Shown: positions 12,757 through 26,555 of the stretch, in pieces
Layout of the letters: every line of letters begins with the position of its first letter
Numbering within the stretch: the first letter of the stretch is position 1
NCBI RefSeq assembly: GCF_000497125.1
Contig: NC_090599.1
Coordinates: 1,426,001-1,490,000, forward strand
Origin: Spironucleus salmonicida
Lineage: Eukaryota
Length of the DNA stretch: 64,000 nt
Direction: 5' to 3'
Notes under the pieces: generated by a model
What the model was told of the DNA's origin: nothing
What the model saw: only the letters and a program-made list of their open reading frames with translations
Databases searched by the model: none
Position numbers and translations under genes: made by a program

Positions 12757-13152
12757 ATGTAAAATTAATAAATAATTGAACAACCACTCGTTGGTGATAG
12801 TTAGCTACAAAATGACAGCTTTTCGGGAAAGAAGAAGAAATAGATTAAGCCCCCTGGTTTTGCTAACATGTGTTGTTCTTTCTGTTGCTTGTTTACAGGT
12901 TTCTCTGGATTTATTCTTTTAGGGATTTTTGCGATCACACTTTATACATAAGCTTTTTATGAATAAGAATGGCTAATAACAGAAGCTTTTTAGAAAAAAT
13001 AGTAAGATGAGATAGATAAAGAGTATAACGCACAGGCAATCTCATTTGGTATTGGCTCGCTTGTAGAACTTATAATTGGTATATTATCATTTTTTTGGGT
13101 TAAAGCTGTTATGAAATGTTCTAAAAATTATAAAAATAATAAGGCAAAGTGA
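12757..13152 (+). CDS. Two-TM small protein, candidate RNASEK / V-ATPase subunit f-like, 131 aa
   Basis: CCSFCCLFTGFSGFILLGIFAITLY ... EYNAQAISFGIGSLVELIIGILSFFW. The CDS is solid; the family call is tentative. Confidence 0.7.
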
Positions 13153-13473
13153 TCATTTTGTATTCAATTTAAAATCATGAATTTGAGTCTTTTTTATCGT
13201 ATAAGATGAGATCTCCTCTAATTATTCAATCCTATCTGAAAATCTGCTGATAGAATTGACAGCATCTTATACCCGATTTTATAACTCACATAATGTATAT
13301 TACGGTGTAAATTTTAGTTGTTGTTCAAGTTAAGTAATCTTGTTTTCTTACTTTACAAGTAGTTCAGTAACCTACTAAAACATCCATTTTTAAAAGTCAT
13401 CTTGTTTTATATGTTTTGATACTTCTTCCATTACTAAATACAACTACTGTGCGTTTTCTATTTTTTCTGACAT
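13153..13473 (-). CDS. Small coiled-coil hypothetical protein, 106 aa
   Basis: Fully translated; its stop directly abuts the stop of the + gene (TGATCA). Confidence 0.75.
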
Positions 13474-13514
13474 TTTATTTATTGTATTATATTTAAGTAA
13501 TATCATAATACAAA

Positions 13515-14183
13515 ATGTCAATGCGAAAATTTGTTTTAGAAGCTGAAAATTATCCAATTAAACCTGCATCAATGATATAAACATAAGTTAATGAATACTC
13601 TATTACAAAGCCATAAAAAGTTAGACCTAAATCACAACATTTATTTAGATAAGCTACAAAATAAGAAAATTAATTGTTACTTTCTCATGTAAATCAAATA
13701 GATTCATCTGCAATCAATATCAATTTAAATCAATCATAAATTTCTAACAAATATGATAATAATGAACTATTTTAAAAATCATATCAATATACATTGGATG
13801 GCATATCTCTAAAACCTACAAAAATACGACCTAAACCCAACAACCTGAAGGTATTTAGATCATAAAAGAAAATACAATAACTTGATATTTATACTTTAGA
13901 TCCTAAACCAAATACAAATATTATATCCGATCCTATTCATCAGCTACTTTCAGTGAAAAGCCTATGTCAATATGGTAATTCATAAATTAAAGAAGCTATA
14001 TCAGATATTTAATTATAACCACATTATAAATTTGTTGTTAAACCTAATATCTAAGATTAGCTTCGTAATTTTTAACGTAGAATTGACTGTCTAGCTCCTA
14101 CATAAAAAGCAGATGCAAAATATTTTTCCTTAGTTTCTGAATGGGAATTAATAAACAAAAAATAGCTAAAAATTAAAATGTGA
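13515..14183 (+). CDS. Hypothetical protein, 222 aa
   Basis: CAAAATG start, in frame with ATGTGA; P/K/Q-rich. Confidence 0.7.
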
Positions 14184-14389
14184 ATATAGTATAGTCTAAT
14201 ATTTTTTCATTTCATGAAAATTATCCATTTTATTTCAGCAAAATAAAGATATTGTTAAAATTAAACTATAATAGTAAGTTCTAGAATAATCATAAAATAT
14301 TGGCAATAATCATATCATTGCATCATATTCTTAATTTTAAATGCATTATTAAATTTTATCTATATTATTGTATAGTTAGAAAATTATTA

Positions 14390-14743
14390 TCATTTAAAAC
14401 CTTGAAACTTAAATTATTGGAATAAAAAATATAAAGATTTAGTATTATTACTATCTAATATAATAGATGCAACTATAGAAATTATGTATTTATAATAAAC
14501 TTCTTTATAATTTTTATTGAAAGTTTTATCTAATGTAATGATTTCTGAGTTTTGTTTTTGCGACAATTCCAAAACAGGTTAACCATCAAATATAGATTAT
14601 CTATACTATACTTTCATAATATCCAGCTTTTTATCTGTTTTTAGTATATAATATTTTATTAGGAACACACATTAAATTTATTCATACCTAAACGCATATT
14701 CTGCATAATACAAATCCATTTTCATTTACTGTACTATTACCAT
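14390..14743 (-). CDS. Possible hypothetical protein, 117 aa
   Basis: Open code-6 frame with AAAATG context, but in a very AT-rich, low-coding region and with no recognisable motif. Confidence 0.3.
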
Positions 14744-17700
14744 TTTATTAATAATATAAGGTAACTCTTGTCAATAAAAAACGTAACTTATGGTTACATA
14801 TTTCATTAAACTTAATATTCGTATAAACTACATTCTACATTCAGATTTTACACATAACTTTCAAATATAAGTATTTTATCATTGTTAATAACAGTAGCAT
14901 GATATATTGTGTATATCTTTCTTAATTAGATAAATATCAATCTACATTTCTATATTATTATCTAGAATATCATTAATCTTTATATTAATCTAAGTGCTTA
15001 GAATATCCATTCATATCTTGCTTGATTAACTAAGTCTACTTTTAAATATAAATATGTATTTTAACATAATATATCTATTGTTTAAGAAGTTTTCAAAAAT
15101 ATAGGGTCTTTAGCTTATTGGATATCAATTAAATTTTAATAATAAAACAAATATTTCTATGTGTTAATATAGGAAAATTTACAATCCAAGAACATGGTAA
15201 CTATGTTTTGTGGAATTCTATTTCTTGCTTTCTAAAAAGAAAGAACGCTAAGTGAAATAAGAGTATTATAAAAGAAACTGAACTTGCTATATTTAATTAT
15301 ATGAAAATACTCCATATTAATATAATTATTGGCATAGTATACAAGTATACGTATCCCCAGTTATTATGGTCTAGATATTTTTAACCACAGTTATTTAAAA
15401 ACGCGTTCTTTGCTCCAATATGATTATCTAAGTTTGTTTATGGTAAAATAGATGTTGGTCTAACTTTTTTAAATTTTTACGTATTAATAATTATTAGTTA
15501 TAGAAATAAAATATTAAATAAGAAATTGTTTGATCCTCAAACAATCTTTTAACTTAGTTTCCCTAAGGAGTAGTTTCAAAAGTAGCAATTATATATTTCT
15601 TTTAATTTAGTAGTAGATTAAGCTTATGATTTATAATAGTTAGTATAGACAAGGATTTAAAAATATTGAAAAACCATTCAATTATTTTACAACGGTTAAG
15701 TTTTTTATTAGATACTATTCTATTATTAAAAGACTAAGATATGATTGAAAATGATAGTTATTACATCTACGTCACCTTTGCTTCACGATGATATTGTGTT
15801 TAATACTTATTGCAAAATTATGTGATATTATATAGATAAAAATGAGGAGAATATGGCTGCTCTATATTCTACTGTATATTCTCGTAAAAATTTATACTGG
15901 AACCTTTACAATATTTGATATTAGTCTAAAATTTATCATTATTTATCGTATTTTATTGAAAATAATTATTAGATGTTTAGTTTTTATTCATTATTTTTAA
16001 ATATAAAATTGCACTAACTACAAATTTTGCTAACTAACGTCTATAACCAAAAATATTATTAAATTTATGACCTACTTATTATATTTGAAGCGTTTATAAA
16101 CGTGACAAGTATAGTAATATTTTTGGTACAATAAAATATAAATAGTAGATTTTTAAAATGTAGCTAAGAAAGCTAATCATTACTTTAGACATATAAAATA
16201 TAAACCAATAATTGAATTAAATAATATTTTTAGTAATAGTTTACTCATATAATGCTTCAGAGTGAAGTGATTTTTCATTTATTGAGTTTACTATATTCTT
16301 ATTGAATGATTAATTTACTTTAACCCATATTTTGGCATTAAAAACTAGATATTATTAATTATAATTATTATTTGTTTGTCTTATTCCCTATGATTTACTT
16401 AAAAACATTTAACGATGCATAATTTATTGTTCTCTGATAAATATGTGTCTTATAATTGATCAGAATGCTTGATATGATACAATTATATTTATTATATATC
16501 ATAGTTATCACGTATAACTAAAAATAATTTAATCAATAATAAACAAATTGATATGAATATCAAAGATATGAATAAGTATAATTACACTAATTATATTTTG
16601 ATAGTTATATAGTATAAATTTTAGTAAGAATGATTAATATATAAGTGGAATATAATGATAATAACAATAAATTGTCAGCTGAATATATTTCTTAATATTC
16701 ACACTACATACGATATCTAGCAATTTTCTATTACTAAAAATTATGAGATACTAACCATAAGAACCTTTATCATAGTATAAATATTATAACACGATTTAAG
16801 ATGAAAAAAATCTATTACATTTTTAGGAAAATATTTTATGGGATACTCAATTTTACTAATTTGCTTTTCAAGCCTAAAATGAAGTTATATTCTAACCAAC
16901 TATGTGTACTGTAATATTTATTAAATAAAATACTTAATGGACTAGTTCTTGGCAACTTCCTAGGTTGCAAAATATTATAGACATATATTAGTACAACTAA
17001 GTGTGATAAAATAAGGAAGTTTCTTATATACTTGCTAAAATATTTTTTGATAGAATACTATATAAGATTTAAATAATGTAATATAATTTACCAATCTTCA
17101 TAACAGTAATTCTGCTTTATTTATTAATTTTTAGTTTAAAGCATCCGTTAATAATTATTAGTGTTGATGATTAAATTTTTGTAATATAACTAAATTATTT
17201 GAAATAAAAGGGTAATATAATATAACTAGATTAGAATTAATACTATGAGAGATTTTAGTGAATATAAATTCTAAAAATGTATTCCAAAATAAACGCTTAC
17301 AATTTATTAGGTGACCGGAAAATATCTACTAATAGATTAGGTTGTATACAGACTATAAACATTTGGCATCTACTAAATTACGTTTTTTTGGTATCTTCAG
17401 TATTAGTAAATAACTATTATAAATAATAAATCATATTTCAATGTTTTAATCAAACTTTTATTTAAAATTATTTGACTGTAAGTTATATGGTTTATATTAT
17501 CCCATGTAGCCTATATAATTTTACAGTTTATGTTTTATATTTTAACGACTCAAAAATATAAATGCTGATTATTTTATCATAGCTAATATATAAAATATTT
17601 CTATATACTAAAATGCTCTACACAAAAACGAATCTATATTATCTAAGTTTAAAAATGTGATCCATTTATATAATTGGAGTTCAGTTCATATTGAGTTTAA

Positions 17701-19213
17701 TTAGTTTTGGTTTATTACTAATGAGTAACAAGTTAATCACTCCCATATTTGCTTTGATTTATACAAAATATACACTATATAAAAACTTGGCAAATTTACG
17801 CTAACAAAATATTTTAGTTTATATTATGATAATTATTCAAATATTTATGTTTAAATATTACTTATAATGATTTTGTTTTAGACGAACGTATAAATATACA
17901 GTAAAAGCTAATATGAATATAGTTGTTATATTTTATTTATTTAATATATTGATACAGAATACAGATCATTATTTAGCATTTAAGTCAAGAAATCTTTATT
18001 TTTCACATTACCAATGATCATAATTCTGACATAAGTAATGCATTAAACTTTTTTCTATACTAAGTTTATAACATAAATTAGCAGTTTTTATATTAACTAT
18101 CAATCATATTATATAGATAGCTTTCTTATATGACGAATTGATTCAAGTAATTTAACTTAGAATGAGTTTTAACTATAAATTTGAGATCAGCATAACATAT
18201 ATAAATACTAAAACTGTATTTCATTTTTTACTTAACGCTAAAGTTTCTATATTAATAATGTTTTATTAACCGAAAATCCGTATTTAAAGTTGCATAAAAT
18301 TAAGGGATTGACTGTTTTTATATAATGGACTCTTGCATTATTGAATGACACAAATATTAGAAACTGGTTCAATAAAATAGTTGGATTAATATTTGTCATT
18401 AAAGATAGATAAATACTTTTTATCAAATATTTCAAATCAGGCTGAAACTAAAATTTTAATATCAAATAATATTGTAATACTAGTCAACTTAAGTATTAAG
18501 ACTACTATTAAAAACAATTAGTATTAATAAATATTTAAAGAAATTACATTTAAGATCATAGAGAAGGACAATGATAATCTGAAAAGTTATTTATTAAAAT
18601 ATTTTCTTTCAGATCTTAGTTCGATATATAAGATAGTTTTTTTAAATTTGAATAGGAACGTATGTTGTTGTCAGAATATGAGTTTTATCACTAGAAATAA
18701 AGGAATTTTAGTGCACATATGTTGAATTTTTTAAAAGCAAAATTAAGCAGATTACAATTTTTACATAGCTGCTATTTTAATGATATATAACTTTTATGAT
18801 AAAAATTATATATATATCAGGTGTACTGACTTTTTAAATCAGCTACCATTGATAATTATTTATTTAAGGTCTATCAGGATAATTTTACATATAAAATTCT
18901 CTGGTGGCGTGCCCCTCAATAATAGATACTGGATATATATTGGTATTAAGTAGCAATGTCTAACTAATATTGAAAGCTATTAACTAAATTTAATGCAATT
19001 ATTTTCCGTCGTTTAACAAAATTACAATATTTTATAAAAAAATGAATATATAAGGTAAATATTAGATAATAGGATGGTAGATTAAATATATGTAAAAGAA
19101 TTTGGTTCCACAAGCATCAGTTATATTTAAGATGATATTATGTCCAGGCAAAATGTGGAGGTAATATAACAACATTTTTATAAATTACGGAAAATAAAAT
19201 CACTGGATGAACT

Positions 19214-19930
19214 TCATTTTTTTAACATAAGTTCATATTTCAATTTCCATTCATGTGCTTCAAGTTCATATTTTTCAACTAGTTATTGCAATTCTTGAAC
19301 CTTATTTAGTTATATTTCGCTTTCCATTAATTTTTATGATAGTTCGTGATCTTGACAATTAAAATTATCAATTTCATTCTATAAATTATCGTTACTTTAA
19401 ATTAATTTTTACAGTTATTAAGTTTATAAAAATTTATCCTCATTAAGGGCTACAATTTCTGACTTTAAAGTTTAAATTTGTTATTAAAGTTAATTATATA
19501 CTTATGATTACTAATATTATTCTTCCACGTTTATTTCAAAAACAGAACAATCCATTTTCTTCATAAATTAAATAATAGAAGGAAATTTTGATTAAAATTC
19601 ATTTATAAGGAGAAGTTATGATTATATTTTACTTTAGAGCAAAATACAATTTTCACACTAAACAATACCTACTAATTATTGAATTTTTTCTAATTCGATC
19701 TGTTGATTAGTTATAATAATATCTTTTTCACAAATTTTAGTATTAAAATGTTATTATAAAGTTAACAATTCTTCTTCTAGTATTTTAATTCTCTTTTCTA
19801 ACTATCTAGTACTTTAAGTTTATAAGTTATTCCTATCAGCACGAGTCTATATACTTTAACTTTCATTGGCTTACATTTAAGAGATTTCCTATAGCTAAGA
19901 TTAATGAGTGGAAGTGTTATCAACTTACAT
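19214..19930 (-). CDS. Coiled-coil protein, 238 aa
   Basis: Fully translated (QLEKRIKILEEELLTLQQ...EWKLKYELMLKK); an AGTGA lies just downstream at 19200-19204. Confidence 0.8.
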
Positions 19931-19981
19931 TTTGCAAAGTTTATACTTAATATAAATAATATTATATAATAATTTATATAA

Positions 19982-20395
19982 TCAATGTGTATGATCATGA
20001 AACTCTGTTGCATCGTTATGCTGAAATGCTTTACATTTATAATATATTATTTTATCAATTTCACAATCAGATATATTATAGAACCTCGTAAAAATAGAAA
20101 AATAATACTCTTTTTTCTTTAAAATTTCTTTTACCACACATTTTCTTTTTGCACTACTATGATTTAGACTAATTACATTATTATGACTTATCTAATTCAT
20201 CGGTAATGATAGTAACTTGATAACATCTTCATTTTGAAAATCTCCTTCATATGAAGCAATAAAAATAATAATTCCAAATGCAATATTATTAAAATTTAAA
20301 ATAGCACCTAGTTAATCTTAATGTTATTACTAAATTTTCAGATTAGTATCAAATATAACCTTCATCTTTGTCCAAACTGGGTAAATTAGATCCAT
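19982..20395 (-). CDS. Possible hypothetical protein, up to 137 aa; overlaps the 3' end of the next gene
   Basis: Open frame that fills a gap, but it overlaps the 20349-21605 CDS by 47 nt and has no motif. Confidence 0.3.
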
Positions 20396-21605
20396 TATTT
20401 AAATAATTATTTATCTTATTAATTAAATAATATTAATCTATAATTATTATAACATAAAGTTAAAAAAATTATGGCATAACTAATTATTTAGCACAGTCGA
20501 GCATGTCTTGTCCTACATCAAATCCATAATATAATTTCTTATGTAACTAAATACACTTTTAAGACACAATCTAGTTAAACTGTATTATATAAGCATTTTT
20601 CTAATTACTAATTATAAAATACCATTCCTAATTCAAAAATATGCAATATTCAACGTTGCCACTTACATGTTGCTGAAATAAGTCAACAACCTTCACTTCC
20701 AAACCCTTCATATTCCATAATAAATTCCCAATTAATTTCCTTTCTTCTTAGTCAAATAAAAGTGTTTTATTATAATTATCAGCATGACCTATGATTTTAC
20801 ATTCAGATTTTTCAACTTAATATTCTTTCATATCACACTAAACAACATAAAATCTTCCAAATTCTTTTAATATGAAACCGATTTTCTCTTGATTTCGTAT
20901 CCAAAATTCAACACCAAATCGCAAATACTACTTTTCTACAACTACAGTTTTAACCCCATGCCATCCTATTTTTTGGTAAAACAATGACTCACAACGTTTT
21001 AAATTAGTTTCAAAATTAGCAGATTTTTTATCAAAAAAGTGGAATTTTTAAGACCCTTAAAAGGATATAATTTTGCCACAAAAAATATCACTATTATACA
21101 TATATTAATCAATGTTAGTAGAAACTTAGTTTGTAGGAATATTTTCAATAATTCGTACATCGTTAAAGTCAATTTTTTGCATTAAAAACCAACAAAAAGC
21201 TTGTTTTGCTAGCTAATAAAGGGGTTAGTTTTCATCAAATTACTATTCGGCGCATTTTCTACATTTTTATGAAAATAAAAAATTCTAATCGTAAGAAATT
21301 GTATTAATTACGTTCTTGCAGCTACAAAATCCAGGAAAAATGTGATAATTTTTTGCAGTTTTGATTGTTTGTGAGGAGAAAAGTATAGGGGTTTTAATAT
21401 GTTATAATATGAGTTCATCTGCCTCGACTGAAAGCGCATTTAGAGGATATTTAAGCAGTAGTTTATCAACTTCGTAATTATTAGATTACAAAAGGGTTAA
21501 AATATGAAGTATTTAACGATTAACTGATTAAGATCGTTAGGTATCAATTTTTGGTTTTAAAATCTTTTTCAGCTTATTCAAAATAGTTTAAACCGTTTAG
21601 TCCAT
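20349..21605 (-). CDS. Hypothetical protein with a possible Zn-binding Cys cluster, 418 aa
   Basis: Fully translated; contains FPGFCSCK...QKCRKC. Confidence 0.75.
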
Positions 21606-21720
21606 TTTATTATTATTTGCTTAATTATATACAGAGTAACTTTATTATTTTAAATCCAGAAATTCTCTTAATGTATATATTTTTTATATTATTATTTTTT
21701 ATAAGACATAGAAAGTATAA

Positions 21721-22233
21721 ATGCCGTATCGTGAATGGGATATTTAGGAGCTTGATAAGCTGAAATCTGCGGTATAACAATACACAAATAAGAATAGAAC
21801 AAATTGGTTGGCAGTTGCATGCTTTGTCAAGACGCGATCAGCACGTCAGTGTTAAGATAGATATCTAAATAGAATGAAAAATTAGGAACATTTTGTTACA
21901 AAAACAAATAATTTTCATACTGCATGGAAATAGGAAGAAGAGATATTGCTAAAAGAGCTGGTTGCCCTTCATGGGCATAAGTGGACTTTATTCTAAGAGT
22001 ATTTTCCAGGAAGAGACGCAAATAAAATAAAATCTAAATTTTATAATGTTGAAAGAAGATCATAATGTGATAAATCAATGGAGAATACATAGACAAGTAA
22101 TATTGAAACTTCTTTTAGTTGGAAAGTTTTTGATCATTAAAGGCAAGCTTCAATTGAACTAGAAGAAGACTAAGAAGAAGTTGATTTTTTCGGCACAGAA
22201 TATTTTGATTATATTAACAAAGAAGATAAGTGA
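21721..22233 (+). CDS. R2R3 Myb transcription factor, 170 aa
   Basis: EWDIQELDKLKSAVQQY..NWLAVACFVKTRSARQCQDRY; AWKQEEEILLKELVALHGHKWTLFQEYFPGRDANKIKSKFYN. Confidence 0.92.
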
Positions 22234-22356
22234 ATGTATAAGCTTAGATATATTCTATTCATATATTATAGAATTTTTTAATTATTCAATTATTTCTAGA
22301 ATCACCTTATAATACACTATTATATCATGATTTTATTATTTATATTAAAATTCAAA

Positions 22357-25300
22357 ATGGAAGACGCATTACGCCGCTTCTAAAATCTAAAACTAGAATA
22401 AATAACACTCGAAGGATAATCAAAAACGGCAATAAGCGATGATATTCCTGAAATAGTGAATAATTTAGCTAGGTAACTTACTCCACTTTTTTGGAACCGT
22501 TTGATTGCTATAAATTTATCAAGTTCCAATCTCACAGTTTTCCCCTCTTGTTTAAAGATTTGTGAATCATTATAAGAGCTAAATTTATCTAAAAATAACC
22601 TTTCAAGACTCCCATCGTAATTTTTTGTTCAGTATTTTCCGTTTTTGAAAATTATTGATGTATCTGATAATTATCTTAACAATATCTATGATATACAAAA
22701 ATTAGGTTAGCTGCATGAGCTTGAAGTTTTATCAGTTCAAGGTAATATGTTACCATAAATTGCATCTAGAATTGAATTTCTTTCGACTATTTTGTTCTGC
22801 AAAATTTCAGAAAATACTTTATTTAACCGTAATTTAAATCGGTTTGCAGTATTTATGAACCTAGGAAACCATTTTGTTATTTAAAACTCATTTATAGATC
22901 AGCTAAAATTAGTAGTAAAAGCTGAAGAATTCATTAGCTTAAACGGATTGGATTAACTTAAAAATGGAGCTTATGAATCAAATGAATTACCAGTTGATGT
23001 TACACAGCTTGTAGATGGATCTTTATTTAGCAAGAAAGGTGAGGTTTGGTTCAATGGTCCAGGCTGTGTATTAATTAAAGATGATAGATTAGAAGCCCCA
23101 ATTGTTGTATTAGGTAGTTGTAAAGATAGCCAGCTTATGGGGATAAATGAAAGAACAAGAAAATTATTGATGGAAGAGACTTAATAATACGATTAAATCC
23201 TTAATACATAAAATAACACTTTTGTATAATAACATGTTATTAAATATGGATTTTTTGGATCAACTTATTTTTGTTACGATTTACCGATAAAGACAAGATA
23301 GACAAAATAAAATTCAAGATAGTTATCGACTACAGAACTTATCAATAAAAAAGTCGTTAAAGACTAAAAAATTTCATCTACATCCAATAATGCAAAGCTA
23401 GAAAAGTTATCATTAGACATTATTAATTAATTACCTTCTGAAATAGAAAAATACTTATTGAATAAATGTTAAGAATAACATTTTATAGTAAATTTAAATT
23501 AAAGAAAATTGACAGATACTGGCATGTTTAGAAGATTAAGAGTACTTAATGGTTTAATTATTACGGTATCTGATTATGATGGCGCGCTATAGTCTCATAA
23601 CCTGTAAAATAAAAGTAGAATTATGATGTTATAGGCAGCGTAACCAATTAAATAAAATGTGCCTTAACCACCTATGATGAAATAAATTAAATCAACAAAT
23701 TCGTAAAAAGTTACTGGATAAGCTGCTGAAGATCTTAAATGTGAACCTAGTGCAATAAACACTACAAAAAATATGTCAGAGGAAATTAGAAAAAGATAAG
23801 TTTATGATAGAGTTATTAAACTGAACAAAGATGAGCAAATCAAAGCACAATAAGAAATAAAGGAGTTTATTAAATCTGGGCAATTAACTGATGATGATAA
23901 TGAATATTAATTTAGTATGATTCTCAGAGCATATGATGAAGAAACTGACCCAGATGTATTTACATTTATTTAAAAGTGCAAAGAATTATAGTCAGAGTAT
24001 GCACTGGAATAAACATAGAATGATTAATAACATAGTAAAGGAGAAGATTTTGTATAAAATTTATTGGCTAAAGACGATCTTACAATGTCTTAGCGATTCT
24101 AATAAACGTTTGATTTCAAATCAACATAATCTTATAACAACTAAGTATCAACAAAAACTCTAAATATTGATGATCTTAAACTATCTACTACTAACTAAAT
24201 CCCAGAGTCCGATTATTTGAAAAAACTATCAATGACAACTTCATCAGTTGGTGTAAATCATAGAAATTTTAGCAATAATATTAACTCGCCAGAATAACAG
24301 ACACTAATTTCTACGAGATAATCGCCAAGTAAAGAATAGAAATCATAAATAGTTGAAAAAGATTCCAGAGCCATAGAAGTGGCAATGCTATAATCTTAAT
24401 TAGCCTAAGAATAACTTGATAAGTATAAATTATAGAAAGCTAACTAACCAATATCAATGGGTGTGATAAAATCAAATAATATGTCGACATCGTTGAATGT
24501 TACTGAAGAAAATGCGTTACTGTCTACATTTAAAATGTCTTTGGACTATGCGGACCCAATGAACCATGTTTAAGAAAATACCATGCTTTACACAACAATA
24601 AATGAATAATAATCTAGATTTTAGCATGTATCAAAATCATAAATAGGAAACCCAATAGTTATTACAGATGCATCCAAAATCCCGCTACCACTAGAGAGTT
24701 AAAGTTTATCATTCTAAGATATAAAAGATTAAACAATGCAGCATAGTTAATTTTCTAAAGCTCTACCTACAGTATAAAGAAGTAAATTAGAACCTAGTTT
24801 TGATGAAGTTTTACGAGAAGAAATAATATAGCAACATTAGGCTACAAGTTAATTATTCAAATAAACATCAGAGAGATTGGATCCTTAAGTAAGGCGATAA
24901 CTTGGCCGGCCAGATAGTCAATATTCTACAGTGGACACAAAACATGGAGGGGTTTCTGTTATGCGCCACTCAGCATTATTAGACGTCGTGATGTAAGGCG
25001 ATGCATAAAGAGCAGCAGCAAATAGATACAACTTAAAAGATTCCACAATGAATAGATTAAAAAAACCAACTATGGCACAAAGTCCTAAAAAATAAAATAA
25101 AAGATTAAATGGACCATTAGCTTATACCAGTTAAGAATTAATGTAGAATATAGATTCTAGTTTAACTAGGTAAAATTTATAGTTTGAATTTGGAAGAAAG
25201 GATAATTTTGCTAATTCAGATACGTAATAGTAGCATATGCTTAATTAACTAGTAAAGTAAAACAATGAGGATATTGAAAAATAGATATATAATAAAAATT

Positions 25301-25935
25301 TTAGAGAGCACTAAAGGAAAATGAAATTAATTAACGAATAAAAACAAATGGATTAATATTATGACAAGGCATCAGGCCCTCTTTTGGTGTATGTCAAATA
25401 AAAACGAAAAGTTGAACATTTACAAGAAAAGAATGAGTAAATAAAATTAAGAAAACATACTGCGTCTGGTAATGCTACGTAAAACTAAACTATTAATAAA
25501 AGTGGCGGAATAACACGGCATGGAAAGGTGATCAATGTATTGAATATTTAATCTGTAGAAGAGGCAGCTGAATAAGCTAGCACTATGAAGGTAACATAAG
25601 GCGAACTTATTGATGTTAGTAGTTATATTATGAAGAATGCAAATACGCAAATATCATAATTACATAATTATGGTAATAGTTTTATACAAAAAGAAATGCT
25701 TTGGGATGAATAACAGTAAGATCCTGTCTATAAACTTACACGAAATGGTCAAACCAGCGATTTCTTTAAAGAGTTAGATAATGAAAAACCTATTGAAAAT
25801 TTCAAAATTACAGAAGAATGCAAAAGGTTTAACAACGCGTTACTGCAACAAAAAGATACTAAAAATATATTTAAATCATAAATAAGCTAGGCACGATAAA
25901 TAGCACAGGAAGTTGCTAATACTCTATTTGAGTGA
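22357..25935 (+). CDS. Large protein with N-terminal LRRs, 1192 aa
   Basis: LIAINLSSSNLTVFP, LQELNLSKNNLSRLP, LKIIDVSDNYLNNI, LEVLSVQGNML; LRVLNG LRR-cap-like motif further on; stop in GAGTGA. Confidence 0.85.
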
Positions 25936-25981
25936 TGTATTATATATGATATAATAATGATATCTTCGATTCCTCTAAGTA

Positions 25982-26542
25982 ATGTAGTAGACACATGTCT
26001 TTAGACTCGCTGACGGTTTGCCTATTTGCAAAAGCCCAGATATACTGGACTAAAAAGTAGAGAAGCTAGCATAATAGTTGATCTCAACGAAAGAGCTAAG
26101 TGGTAAATTTGAAAAATATTATTTCTTAAAGAGAAATAATGTTTTATTTGTATCAAGCAATGCAAATCTGTTAGAGCCATTAGCAGACGCTTTTAAGTAC
26201 GATGATATTAATTTATTAGCATAACCATACTAATATCAACATTTATCTTAAATAATAAAAAATACTAGACCTGTTGACTTCGTTCAAGCTTCATTTGACA
26301 AACTTAGTTAAGAAGTTTAAATCTCAAAACAACTAGCTGAATAAAATTTATCATAAGTATTAGAAAGAGGATAAAAACTTAATGATATAGAGACTATTAC
26401 ATCAGAGCTTGCTGAGGGATCTAAAAATATATTTGGAGTAGCTACCAAACTAGACCGTGCTGCATTTTTAAGAAAGTATGGAACAGTTGCAACAGTTTGT
26501 GGTTTTATGCTTTTGCTGTTGCTACTTAAAATATTTTGGTGA
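25982..26542 (+). CDS. SEC22: Sec22-like longin R-SNARE, 186 aa
   Basis: THVFRLADGLPIC (cf. TMIARVADGLPLA), QPYQY, VLERGQKLNDI (0-layer R), AFLRKYG followed by a C-terminal TM. Confidence 0.85.
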
Positions 26543-26555
26543 TTTATTAAATTAC

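Noticed and set aside
18242-18445. Fragment KIKGLTVFIQW...NWFNKIVGLIFVI resembling Arf/Rab beta strands
   Set aside because: No P-loop, DxxG or NKxD motif; could easily be chance.
25957-26013. Short upstream ORF overlapping the Sec22 start
   Set aside because: Likely upstream of the TSS given very short 5' UTRs; no evidence of function.
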